Positions 1 through 12,548 of a DNA stretch of 64,000 nucleotides are shown piece after piece (position 1 is the stretch's first letter; every line of letters starts with the position of its first letter). Position numbers and translations under genes: made by a program. The stretch is taken from NCBI GenBank assembly GCA_000934665.2, contig KZ538284.1, positions 1-64,000 on the forward strand, in the 5' to 3' direction. The DNA comes from Catajapyx aquilonaris (lineage: Eukaryota). The notes beneath the pieces were generated by a model. It ran no database searches. It was not told where the DNA came from and saw only the letters and a list, made by a program, of their open reading frames with translations.

Positions 1-1307
1 AGCTAATATATATTTCAAGGCCTATATCTGTCTGTCTGTCACCTAAACAGATCCATACGGAGGCCTCCACATATGCCCCAGGGGTATCCCCAGGGGTAGT
101 TTTTTTTACCGGGAAGGTTCTTAGCGCATTGGAATTGACCTCTGAGGTCATCCTTGGCCACAGGAGGCGAAAAGGACTTTGGAACACTCTTCTAACAATG
201 AGCAATTGGCTGTAAACATCACCTGTCTTGGGTTACCGGAGCAACCAGCACTGAATGCCCAAGGCGATGAATCGCCCCCCCCCCTCCTGNCCATCCCCGT
301 TCCGTAATAATCAACATTTAACTTTCCATATTTCATTATATTACAAACACAACAAATAAAACACGTTCCCACGGCAACGACGTTCCATCGCGGTCAACAT
401 TAGCAAAAAAAAAACAAAAAAAAACGGTAACAATGAAGCCCTTGGCGACGACCTAAACAAACTCGCTTATGCATGGGCAGCATATGGGGATTCGACAATC
501 ATGTCCACGCTTCTGCGGCCGTACGGGCGCAAAAATGGTGCAATGGAGACAGAAATTACACCCAAAAATAGGACATGATCTGTCGCAGGGCACCTTCGTC
601 GGCAATTTATCATTTTCGGCCTAGAAGTGACCTTTTCATCGAGTTGAAGTGAAAGGAAAATGGCGTTCCCCAAAAGCCCATTTGAATAACATGGCGGCAG
701 GAAACGCGACAAAGTCGGGAACGCTTCTGCGCCCGTATGTCCACAATTTTAATGCAATCATATCGAGTATGGTACCAAACCTTCGCGCAGGGCACCTTCT
801 TCGTGATTTTTCCGATTAACGGTGCGTTTCGCCACAAAAATATAAAATTCCCTCAAAAATGCACCTACAGTATTTTTACTAATGCGTCGCCTTAACCTTA
901 ACGTGATGGTGGGCCTTGAGTTCTCCAGCGACCCCATAGCTGCCTGCTGGCACAGTCATCCAGGCCAGATTGGCCATTTTGGGGTTGGGGAATGACTAAG
1001 AGAGGTGCCGGTCTTTCAATGCTATTCTACATTTACTGCACAGCCTTCAATTTTTCATGAAATACTTTTGCTGGATTTTTAAGGCGTATTGTGTACTCTC
1101 TTACAATCTGACATCCGCAGTTTGGTGTTTGGACTTCTTGCACATGCAATATGCCCCATGTTACAGGTATGCCAACATTGTATGGCCATAATTATTTCCA
1201 AGGTTACTACCAAATCAATGACTTACACCTACATGGAAAAGTATTTCATAACCCGAGCAGTATAGTCTAATATGATACTCGGTATGTCCGTCCCTCCCAC
1301 ACATATG

Positions 1308-1475
1308 TACTATCGGTCTCAATATTAGTTTCGGCCACTTTATCCTGGTCTTGATGCAATATCCCGCCTTCACTCACACACACACACACACTTCCTCACC
1401 GTGAGGCCTGTGCAAATGGTTGCTTCAAGGACATGATAAAGTGGCCGAAACTAATATGAGACGAGACCAGTAGTA
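1308..1475. mobile_element. Small foldback/MITE with ~50-bp imperfect terminal inverted repeats and an internal (CA)n tract
   Basis: GGTCTCAATATTAGTTTCGGCCACTTTATC (1315-1344) pairs with GATAAAGTGGCCGAAACTAATATGAGAC (1435-1462); TA at both ends. Confidence 0.7.
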
Positions 1476-1480
1476 GTCTA

Positions 1481-2995
1481 CTATAACTCGCAAAAAGATT
1501 GTCGCACTGTATCCGTGTGATGTCCGCGACTTTTTGTTTACAATCCGGCCGCAAGGGTCCTTGCCTGATGCTTGGGACCCTGCTTGGGACGATTGGGCGG
1601 AATTTCCGTCCCACTGCTCACTTATTAGCAGTAGATTACCAGTGTTGGCAATGGTACTGCTAAGATAGAAGCCCCATCAGCAATCTATATTGGGGCAATA
1701 TTGGCTACAACATGGAAACCATTAATGGGCCAGCATTGCCCACCATCATTGGTGCAATGTTGCCCGCTGCAACTTTTCTCGATATATCCCAACATTGGGA
1801 GGCGGACGTGGCCCAATATGGGCAACCCCAACATGGAGCCAATGTTGGAAAATACACGGAGGTCGGAGGTTGAAGGTAGCAGCTTGAGAGTTGAGACCCT
1901 GAAAATCTCCGCTTGGGTTCCTTTGAGATCGTGTACTCTATCCACGTGAACTGAAAAAAACGCCAAAAAATGTTGGAAAATACATATTGGGACATCATTG
2001 GCCACCGTCATTGGTGCAATCTGCAATGTTGCCAGCTGCAACTTTTCTCGATATATCCCAACATTGGCAGGCAATGGCTCAATGCTCGAGTTCGTCCGAG
2101 AGGACCACTCAATGGGCGCCTTTATCTTAGCCAGAGGCCGAGAAGCGTATGAGATAGAGTAATTATATGACCGCCTTTCCATACAGCGGATTGTCCTGCT
2201 CGCACCATAAGCTTTGCCATCGAACGACTCGATCAAATTAATGTCACAATGAAGTACCTCGGGGGTAAATGAGCCGCATGCAGTGGAGTTTCCTGCTACC
2301 TTTGCACACGGGTAATCGCCAAAATTAATTCGCATTGTTGTGGGATAAATCGGAGAAGACTTGCAACGATACACCGACAGGCAGCGCCATCCGGACGAGG
2401 GAAGCTGACGGTCATACGCCCACATGGCTGCAACTGGCCAATGTTGCCTATGTGGAGCCGATGTATCCGCAAGATCGGCTAATGAATGGCTAAATTTCTT
2501 GGCAATGTGGAGCCGACATGTCCGCAATGGCGGCTTAATCATGGCAATGTAGGCGTGGTGGCGTTGATGGGCCAATGTCGCCTATGTGGGCCCATCATGG
2601 CTTGCAACCTATAAGGCAGCAAATATTGGCCGAACATGGATTCCCATGTTCGGCCAATGTTTCACATATTAGCCCGCACTGGCGTTCCATGTTGGCGCAA
2701 TCTTGGCCCGATATTCCGCTGTGTCTCTGTCCCCATGGACATCATGGCTGAACATCGGCCATATTGGGCTATGTTGCGCCGGCTTCCCCAATGTTGCCCC
2801 AATGTTGCCCCCATATTGCTTGCTGCAGGGGAGGTGTTTAGGGTAATTTTCGTCCCACTGCTAATAAGTTAGCAGTAACTAGCAGTGGGACAAAAATTCC
2901 TGCCCCAATCACCCCCAAACATCCAGCAACGACCCTTGCGGCAGGAGGGTAAACTAAAAGTAAATACAGTGCGACAATCTTTTTGCGCGCTATAG
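1481..2995. mobile_element. TA-flanked non-autonomous DNA transposon (outer element) carrying a nested insertion
   Basis: TIR CTATAACTCGCAAAAAGATTGTCGCACTGTAT (1481-1512) vs ATACAGTGCGACAATCTTTTTGCGCGCTATAG (2964-2995); further inverted matches CCGCAAGGGTC/GACCCTTGCGG and GTCCCACTGCT/AGCAGTGGGAC. Confidence 0.7.
1672..2831. mobile_element. Nested non-autonomous element with CCC...GGG termini, probably CMC/EnSpm(CACTA)-like
   Basis: Ends CCCCATCAGCAATCTATATTGGGGCAATATTGG and CCAATGTTGCCCCCATATTGCTTGCTGCAGGGG are imperfect inverted repeats; AG on both flanks (possible 2-bp TSD); many subterminal CCAATGTTG/CAACATTGG motifs; internal direct repeat ~1748-1800/2009-2067. Superfamily assignment is inference. 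Confidence 0.6.
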
Positions 2996-3002
2996 TAGGC
3001 TA

Positions 3003-3157
3003 CCTGGTGTCCAACAAGAATTGTTGCAAGCGGCAGCGCACGAACTACAGTCTCTCGTATACCTGTGCTCGTAGATTGTAGTTCGTGCGCCTACGAGCAC
3101 AGGTAGAGACTGTAGTTCGTGCGCTGCCGCTTGCAACAATTCTTGTTGGACACCAGG
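3003..3157. mobile_element. Near-perfect palindromic MITE flanked by TA
   Basis: 55-bp perfect arms 3001-3055 and 3105-3159 (TACCTGGTGTCCAACAAGAATTGTTGCAAGCGGCAGCGCACGAACTACAGTCTCT), plus inner arms TACCTGTGCTCGTAG/CTACGAGCACAGGTA. Confidence 0.8.
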
Positions 3158-3567
3158 TACCAATCGCTCACATCGCAATCGAATGATTTCCATCTGGCTT
3201 GCAGTAAAGTCGTGTCAACCCGGGCACCATTTTGAATCCTCCCTCCACTTGCGTTCTGTTGGCACCACTGCGGAAACAGCTTCTCCTCCCAAAAGAGTAG
3301 CCGCTATCCACCAAAGGTAGCTGCTACTGTGCAACCCCCGGCATGTTCACAAGCTGCTATCTCACCATCAGCAGCTATGCTACTGGCCGGTTTCCCTCGG
3401 CTTCTCTCCCGTTTCGGTGCGGCCGTTCCAATGCGAGGAGGTTCGTCTCGCCCCCGTGTCCTGCCCCTGGGCCGCCCCTAGGTGTGCTAATCCGACAGGG
3501 AGGGGGGAGGGGGCAGATCCACCGCCCCACCAACGTCCCCGCAGCATCATCCCTCCCACAATCAGCC

Positions 3568-5986
3568 ATGGACCAGATGCTTCCAAGCCCTGGGTTCAGC
3601 ATCCCCAGCATTGGAACGCCTCTGCACCAGCCGGAGGAGGACCAGCAGATCCTGCCGCACGCACAGCAGCAGCAACAGCTGCACCTTCAGGCCAGCACCA
3701 GCACCGTCGCCGCTGCTGCCGGACAGCCCTCTTCATCCTCCTCGCTGCCTCCTCCGCTGGCACCTCCGCTCCCACCTCCGGCTGCCCCACCCGCAGCCGC
3801 AGCCACAAGCTCTGGACTCACGCCGCAGCATGCCTTGCAGACATTCGCTCCATTCGCACACCAGCAGCCGCTCTTGCAGCCACAGACGCCGGTGGGTTAC
3901 CTTTGCATGGGTGGACTACAAAATTTTTTAAATTTAAAAGGATGAGCTTTTCCATCCGTCATTCCCTCCACGCTAAAGACAAGGGGGTTAAACCCAGTCG
4001 CAGACATTTTCTACATTTCTGCCAACAAGATTCATATTCTGAAACATGTGGTGTGCAATTATTTAGGAGATGCACAGCAGCTGCCGTTTGAATTGATACA
4101 TTCAGGCCAGCAGGGGCGTCGCTTCATTGCTGAATAAGTTTCAAGGGTGTATACTAGAATCTGAACCTTTCGTTTCTAGCAATCACATTTACATGTGCGC
4201 GATACCATCGCTAAATTGCAAATAATAACAACAATAATAATCATTATAATAACTAATAATAATAATATTAAATATTTGCGGGGGTTAGCATAAAAACATT
4301 TTCCCCAAGAAAGGATTTTCTTTCTGACAGTGAAAATTTCCAGGGTTCATAAAATGTCGCAAGTTTCCTCGTAACCGGCCGTAACCATAGTCACTAATAA
4401 TTAACTATGGTTACGACCAGTTACGACATTTGATGAATCCACCACCCCATCTTTTTAAAAATGCAACACTAGCCTGTGAGCAAACGAGCAAATGGAATTA
4501 TCATAAATTGGGCTGACTAAATATTCTGTGTTTAGTTTTTGGAAATGCCGTTTATTCCGTACACAGCCTGATGACAGTCTCTATAAATATTGCAAGAAAA
4601 TGTTGGTGTACTGTCCATCAGTCTTGCATGGAAGTAAATATTTTGTTTGCAATTTTTCTCATGACTGTCAGTTGTGCATCAGAGGGTTAAAATATTGATT
4701 CCGGTGTGGGGACCTAAATTATTTATGATTTTTGCATTCTTAAAAAAAACGACGCACTAAATTGGGAGAATATGAGTGAAATATTGTTATGCCTAGGAAA
4801 TGAGGAACAATCAGTTACGATGATGAGGCATTTTAACCAGCTCATTTCATTCGTGAGCCTAAAACTTTTGGCAATTTCATTAATACCGGTACGGGAGTAC
4901 TGTGCTTCTAAAATTGGTGGCTATGCAGCTAATAGTTCCGGATAGAAATAAAAATGTTGCCCGCTATTACTAGCACTCATCTTGACCTCTGTTGAAACGT
5001 CAGAGTGGCCTTCACAAGGGCTGGTGGTCTCATGCGGACAGGCAATCACGCCACCGCCCCTTGAAGAGCAAGTGAACCTCTCAACACCCGAATCAATAGA
5101 GGTCAAGATGAAAATGTGTCCAGTCATTTACAGCGATCTACGTTCGGCTATTATCTGTCATCCTATTTGTATGTGTCACATTTTATTAATAGGTAGGAGG
5201 AACTGGCTAATATTTTAAATTTTGCTAGTTTCATATCAGTAAATTTACGGGCTTGATATTTGTGTGTGCAGCAAGCGCTGCTGGGGACGACGCCTCTGGC
5301 TTCCCATGCACCTCAGAGTGCTGCGTCACTCTATGGCCCCGCAACACCTGCGCCTATGACGCCGCTTACTCCGTCATCAGCGGACCCTGGCATTGTGCCT
5401 CAACTACAGTAAGTTCCGTCCAGCCCAAACCGAGCATGACATTTTAAACTTTCGTTGTACTTTCAGAAACATTGTGTCGACTGTGAACCTGGGCTGCAAG
5501 CTTGACCTGAAGAAGATAGCCCTGCATGCCCGTAACGCAGAGTACAACCCCAAGCGATTTGCTGCCGTCATCATGCGCATCCGTGAGCCCCGCACCACTG
5601 CTCTCATATTCAGCTCAGGGAAGATGGTCTGCACGGGAGCAAAGAGCGAGGAGGACTCCCGCCTGGCTGCCAGGAAATACGCTCGCATTGTGCAAAAGCT
5701 TGGCTTCCAGGCCAAGTTCTTGGACTTCAAGATCCAGAACATGGTGGGCAGTTGTGACGTCAAGTTCCCCATCCGCCTGGAAGGACTTGTGCTCACCCAC
5801 AGCCAGTTTAGCAGCTACGAACCAGAGCTGTTCCCGGGGCTCATTTATCGGATGGTGAAACCACGCATTGTGCTCCTGATATTTGTGTCCGGGAAGGTGG
5901 TGCTCACTGGCGCCAAAGTGAGACAAGAGATCTACGAGGCATTTGAAAACATTTACCCTATTCTTAAGAGCTTCAAAAAGCAATAA
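3568..5986 (+). CDS. TBP: TATA-box-binding protein
   Basis: Exons 3568-3891, 5272-5408, 5467-5986 with GT-AG introns in frame; N-term [18 protein letters not shown] with short polyQ; core [49 protein letters not shown]...[10 protein letters not shown]. Confidence 0.98.
4343..4440. mobile_element. Small hairpin MITE in TBP intron 1
   Basis: GGGTTCATAAAATGTCG...CGACATTTGATGAATCC outer arms and CGTAACCGGCCGTAACCATAGT/ACTATGGTTACGACCAGTTACG inner arms. Confidence 0.55.
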
Positions 5987-6813
5987 GCTGTCATTAAAAG
6001 TGGCATACCTGGAAACGATAGTCGTCGTCGTCACAAAGTCTTTTGTATTAATTTTTAGGATATAATTTGCGAGCCTTGTTGGTTACCGGTTGTGAGGATA
6101 ATGTTAACAATACTTGGAATCACAGGCTTCATATGCAAGAATGAATGGATTAAAATAAATTGTTTCAGATTCTTTCTGCTGATTTTCACTGCCGCGGCCA
6201 GTGGTAGCTTCGATCACAACAGCCCCGGAAATGACCACATGTGTTATGGAAGTTCACATATGAACAGACATTTATTACACACCCTCGGCTAATATTCACA
6301 CATGACACCCTCCATTAGTTATTTACATGTGCAAAAATATTCAATGAACAGTGCTCCAGCAAGGTTCATTGGCAAAAGGTAATTAACTGATCATTCACAG
6401 TGTGCAGTATATCAGCATGCAAAACAGAGAACAACGAATTTTTACAAATAATATTCTCGCTGATTCAACAATAGTCGGCTAGAAAGAATATTTGAAAATA
6501 ACTTGTTAGCAGCGTTTTGACTAGTTGAAAATTGTGCCCTTACAATGGCTTGAGCTCCACGAAAATTGATGCTAATGTTGCTATCCGCAGCTGTTCACGG
6601 CCTAATATTGGCCAACTTCGGATTTTGAAAATAGCACAAGCATAGAACCCAGGATGTTTTGTGCAGGCCAGTGACGCTGCTTCTTTTCCTTACTTTGACG
6701 AGCACAAACTGCAATGAGGAAATTTAATTCGGAGACCAAAGATTACTTCACAACCAAGACAAGTTCTGAGTGCATTGCGGACCTGGGTCATGTTCTCATT
6801 CCGTAACAAAACA

Positions 6814-9195
6814 TCACTCGTCCTCAACTACCGTCAACGTGTCCTCCGTGTCCGTAACGTCCTCCGATTCCTCTTCAGTTGGTGGCACGAACAATCCCAT
6901 GTCATCTGCCCCCTCAATCAAAGGGCAGAGGAATGGAGCCTCGACTCCCAGCACGTACTCGCAAGTGTGGGGTTCTAGAAGGTAGAGAGCAACACTGTTG
7001 CTGCTGGCACCTCCAGTCGCAGTCAGGAGAGTCTTCTCCATGCACTTGAGCTTGACTTCCACATGTCGCCTGCGTCCTGTCACGTCACATTCAGCACCGC
7101 CGGAGTAGTAGTGGTGGACAAATTTGCGCAGGAAGCGAGGCTTTGGCCTCTTGTGAGGGTTGCGCTCCAGCCACTGCTCGTGGCTGGCGCGGTCAAACTC
7201 TCCAAGGACAATCACACTCCGTCGGCCTTCCTTATCCTCATGGAACTGCTGCACGTGGCGGCCGTGGCACAGCTCAAACTTCCACCAGCCGCTGCCCTAC
7301 AGTGCACAAGTTAACGATGATTATTCATGTCGCTTATCTACAATCAACAGGATAACAAACCCCAATGAGGCAGTGCGTTCCTTCCAGAAACTGATTAACC
7401 ATTCGCTCATCTAGGGTTGGCTTCGGAGGGGGACGGATATCCAGTTTAGCGGCCTGTGAGGCAGATCCGCCAGCCGAGGGCCCCGAACCGCTCCCAGCTG
7501 AAGCAGAGTCCGCATCCGCATCCTCAATGGACTCTAGCTGTATCTCAAGAGGCCACCCTTCCCCTTTGATTTTGGCTTCCAGAGCCTCAAGGTCCTGCAG
7601 AAGGTTCTCATGCCGCAGCTTCAGGCTCTCAGCTTCCAGTTCGATGAGGCTGCGGGGTCTGGATGGACTCCCATCCTGTGCAATGCATCTCACCTCACTC
7701 TCGCTGGTCTCCTGGGGTCGGTACCTCGGATGGCGGCAGAGGTACGACGACAGTACAACGATCTCGTACTCACAGGTTGACACCTCGTCCAGGGAGTACA
7801 CTTCATGCTTTCCGTGCGGATAGCAAACGTACAGGATGTGAGACGTACGTGGGCGACCACTCAAGTCACACAGAGTCCCATCGGTCATGTTGATCTGTGA
7901 GATAACATTCAATAATGACATAGTGTGCCTTTATAATATACATAAGAATGAGCAATTCGACACACGCGCCCAAGCTGCTGGACGGACAGGTCGTGTCGGC
8001 TTTTGGATGCACTTTGGAGACAGGAGTGTCCCCATTGTCGCTAAGGCTATATGGCCACTGAGACGGTTTATAATCAAAACTAAAGAGCTTTCCGAATAAA
8101 GACTGGTGAAAATTGATTTCGACTCGACAATGTACAAGCTGCGGAACTGTTTCCCTCAGTGAATACTTGGGCAGTCCGACAAATTACATCATTGTTACAT
8201 AACTATACTTGATAATGTATTTCGGAAGTTTTGTAATTAAAATATGGTGCTGTGTCCCCCTAAAAGGGGCCATGCCCTGTTACAGGGTAAGAAATAAATG
8301 TTTTTTTTATTTTTAATGTGAGCAATTTGATCAGCGATGTGGTGTTACTTTTGCTCAGCAACTTACATCGCTGCACATCGCAGCACAGTTGAACTGGCCT
8401 ACATATTCACCTGCAGATAAGGCATGTTGACACCTTCAATTCGCCTTGACGGGACACTGACAGGTCCGGACGTGTCAGACGCAGTGTCTGACAGGCGGGA
8501 TAGTCGATCCAGTTCAGCCTCGTACTTCTCTCGTTCCTCCTTACTCCACTTCCCAAGATAGTACTCCTGAAGGCGCACCTTGCGACCCTCACGCTCTTCG
8601 TGGTACTGACGGATGAAACGCCCGTGGCAGAGCTCATACGTCCAGTACGTATCCAACTGCAATAATTACATCAATGAAAATGCACATTCCTTTATACCGC
8701 GATGGAGTGCTGTGTAATGATTAGTTCCCTGTTCTTATTACCCGATATGAACAGGACATTGCTGCGAACAGCGGTGAGAGCAGCTGCAGCGGGTTAGGTC
8801 CTCTGTAGTTTGTCGAATCATCCTGCACGGAACAATGGTTATTAAACAACGTCCTTTATTATGGCGCTCAATTCCGTGCTTACATTGGGCTCCCCCCAGG
8901 AGACAGGCAGGATGCACTTGTACTTCTCCTGGTTGGCAGTGATCATCGTGATGCTCTCTGCCTCCTCCGGCTGTGTGTACGGAACGCATGTCATATCATC
9001 TGCACTTACTTTTTATAAATTGATTTTTTATGAATTTATTTTTATAAAGTATACCAGTATTCCTGTCGACTCTTCCCTTTCCTCCGGCCATGTGATCTTG
9101 AACAGAATGGAGTCGTCGAACGCCCTGAAGTCCCCGCTCCCACCAGCCTCCAACACCAGCTGGACCACCAGCAACACCCAGCACCCTCTCATCAT
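6814..9195 (-). CDS. ERLEC1: Endoplasmic reticulum lectin 1 (XTP3-B/erlectin; two MRH/PRKCSH domains)
   Basis: Approx. exons 9195-9055, 8970-8884, 8822-8742, 8656-8411, 7894-7361, ~7297-6814; signal peptide MMRGCWVLLVVQLVL; motifs [46 protein letters not shown] and a second MRH domain ending YLLEPHTCEYVLGVEAPFLC. Confidence 0.92.
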
Positions 9196-9283
9196 CTTGT
9201 CATCTCTGTTTACAACACACTCTTTGGCATGGTACTTCTATCTCTTCGCAAAAAATTTCAGCAACAAAAATTGCGGAGGAAGT

Positions 9284-9410
9284 ACACGTCACAACACCCG
9301 GCAGTGACGTCACTTCAGCGGCGCACACTTCTCAAATAAATTCAAGCAGCGACGGCGCGTTCAATAGCAGCTAACAGTAGCTATTTAAAAAAAAGCTGCT
9401 TGTGACGTCA
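9284..9410. promoter_or_regulatory. CRE/UPRE-like bZIP sites in the ERLEC1-MDH1 divergent promoter
   Basis: Two TGACGTCA palindromes (~9305-9312, ~9403-9410) and ACACGTCA (minus strand TGACGTGT) at ~9284-9291. Confidence 0.45.
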
Positions 9411-9411
9411 T

Positions 9412-9552
9412 CAGTTGCCACAGCCGGCTGTGTTGCCACATTTCAGTCGGCACAGTTGCCACATTGTGGGGCTGTGTTGCCACATTGTGGGGCTGTGTTG
9501 CCACATTTCAGCCGGCATAGTTGCCACATCCTCTTTCAGCGCAGTTGCCATG
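9412..9552. repeat. Minisatellite, ~7 units of ~20-22 bp with core GTTGCCACA
   Basis: Repeated GTTGCCACA core, with GTTGCCACATTGTGGGGCTGT present twice exactly. Confidence 0.85.
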
Positions 9553-9942
9553 TCGTCCCATTTGCCTTAATTTACGACGCCCTTGAACTATAATTGTCAC
9601 AGCGGAATGTTCCATGGCCTGCCTGCATGTCCCCCGTGCACATCCTGGGAAACGGAATAAAACAATATGATTTGCAGGCCCATCAGTGGCATTGAGAGGA
9701 GCGGGAGGTTAGAAGGTCATCGTCTGTCGTAATATTTGATCGTAGGAGGAGGAGCAGCAGCGTATGATCCGAGAGGGGGAGGCTGCCTCAGAGCAAATAA
9801 GGACGAGGGAAAAAAAAGTAGAGTAGCAGAGGTCGACCTTTCCGAGTCCTTTCGCCTTCAGAATCGACTGCCGTTCGGTCGTGTACAAGCCGCTCTCTCT
9901 CTCTCTACAGTACATTGCACCGTTACTTCATCGGATATAAAC

Positions 9943-11756
<1,814 letters not shown>

Positions 11757-11759
<3 letters not shown>

Positions 11760-11774
11760 CTAGGGAAGCTGTGA
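11757..11774 (+). promoter_or_regulatory. Stop-codon readthrough signal (UGA-CUAG) with short extension X-L-G-K-L-stop
   Basis: In-frame GAT TGA CTA GGG AAG CTG TGA at the end of MDH1. Confidence 0.75.
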
Positions 11775-12548
11775 AGTGGCGCAGTCCAGTTTTAAAAGAA
11801 CCCGTAGACATCCATCGTTAGAGACGTTTACCGGTACATGTTTCCTCCAGTGGGATCAAAATCCACGCTTAAAAAGAAGAAGAGAGAGAGATATACGTAT
11901 ATAAACAAGGTGGTGGTGGACTCGGAACAAAATAAATAAAGATCTTATTTTGCACCGGAAAATAACAAATGCCTTGGATCATGTTTTCACTTTTACTACT
12001 CTTACTGAGCGGTTTTTTAATATATATTTTTACAAGCATGATCGTAGGTCCAGGGAGGTAGAATTGAAAGGGAGGGGGGGGAGGGAAAAGGATTGGAGGA
12101 GATATACTTCACACGTAAGGCACCCAATAGATAGATACACACACTTCCCCTCACCCAAACAAAATCCGTAATAATAATAAATTGTGGAACCTAAACGACA
12201 TACATGAGCCATCCCATACATTAGATGTAATTACGCAGCGTAAGGGAAGTGACAGGACTTTTTTTGGGGGGGGAAGGAAATGGTTTTCTCAACACGCCCG
12301 TTTCTAGGGAGAGGGTAAAAGGGAAATAGTCTTTGTCACGGTGTCTTCAACATGGAAGTCGTGGGCATGGCTTACAGTTGGGGCGGCGGCGGAGTGGGAG
12401 GGCAGAGCAGTGCAGGAAGTGAGAGGGAAAGAGAGAGGTTGGGGCAACACATATCCTAATCTGCAAGGGAGATACGGGTATGCTTTCGATTTGTTTTTCT
12501 TCTCTTATTTTTTTGGTGTGTTAGCTAGCACCCTGCTTCGTTCAGAGT

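Noticed and set aside
500..800. Degenerate ~205-bp-spaced direct repeats (ACGCTTCTGCG.CCGTA, CGCAGGGCACCTTC)
   Set aside because: Only two short matches; probably an internal part of an old repeat that cannot be classified here
1685..2575. 296-aa minus-strand ORF
   Set aside because: Lies within a repeat-rich non-autonomous transposon; no transposase or other recognisable motif; probably a chance ORF
8971..9054. ERLEC1 intron 1 donor GTATACTTT resembling a U12-type donor (GTATCCTT)
   Set aside because: Mismatch at the critical +5 position and no TCCTTAAC branch site; treated as U2-type
9412..9552. CRISPR-like appearance of the GTTGCCACA repeats
   Set aside because: Eukaryotic context, 9-bp core, short spacers that are themselves repeated, and no cas genes; it is a minisatellite
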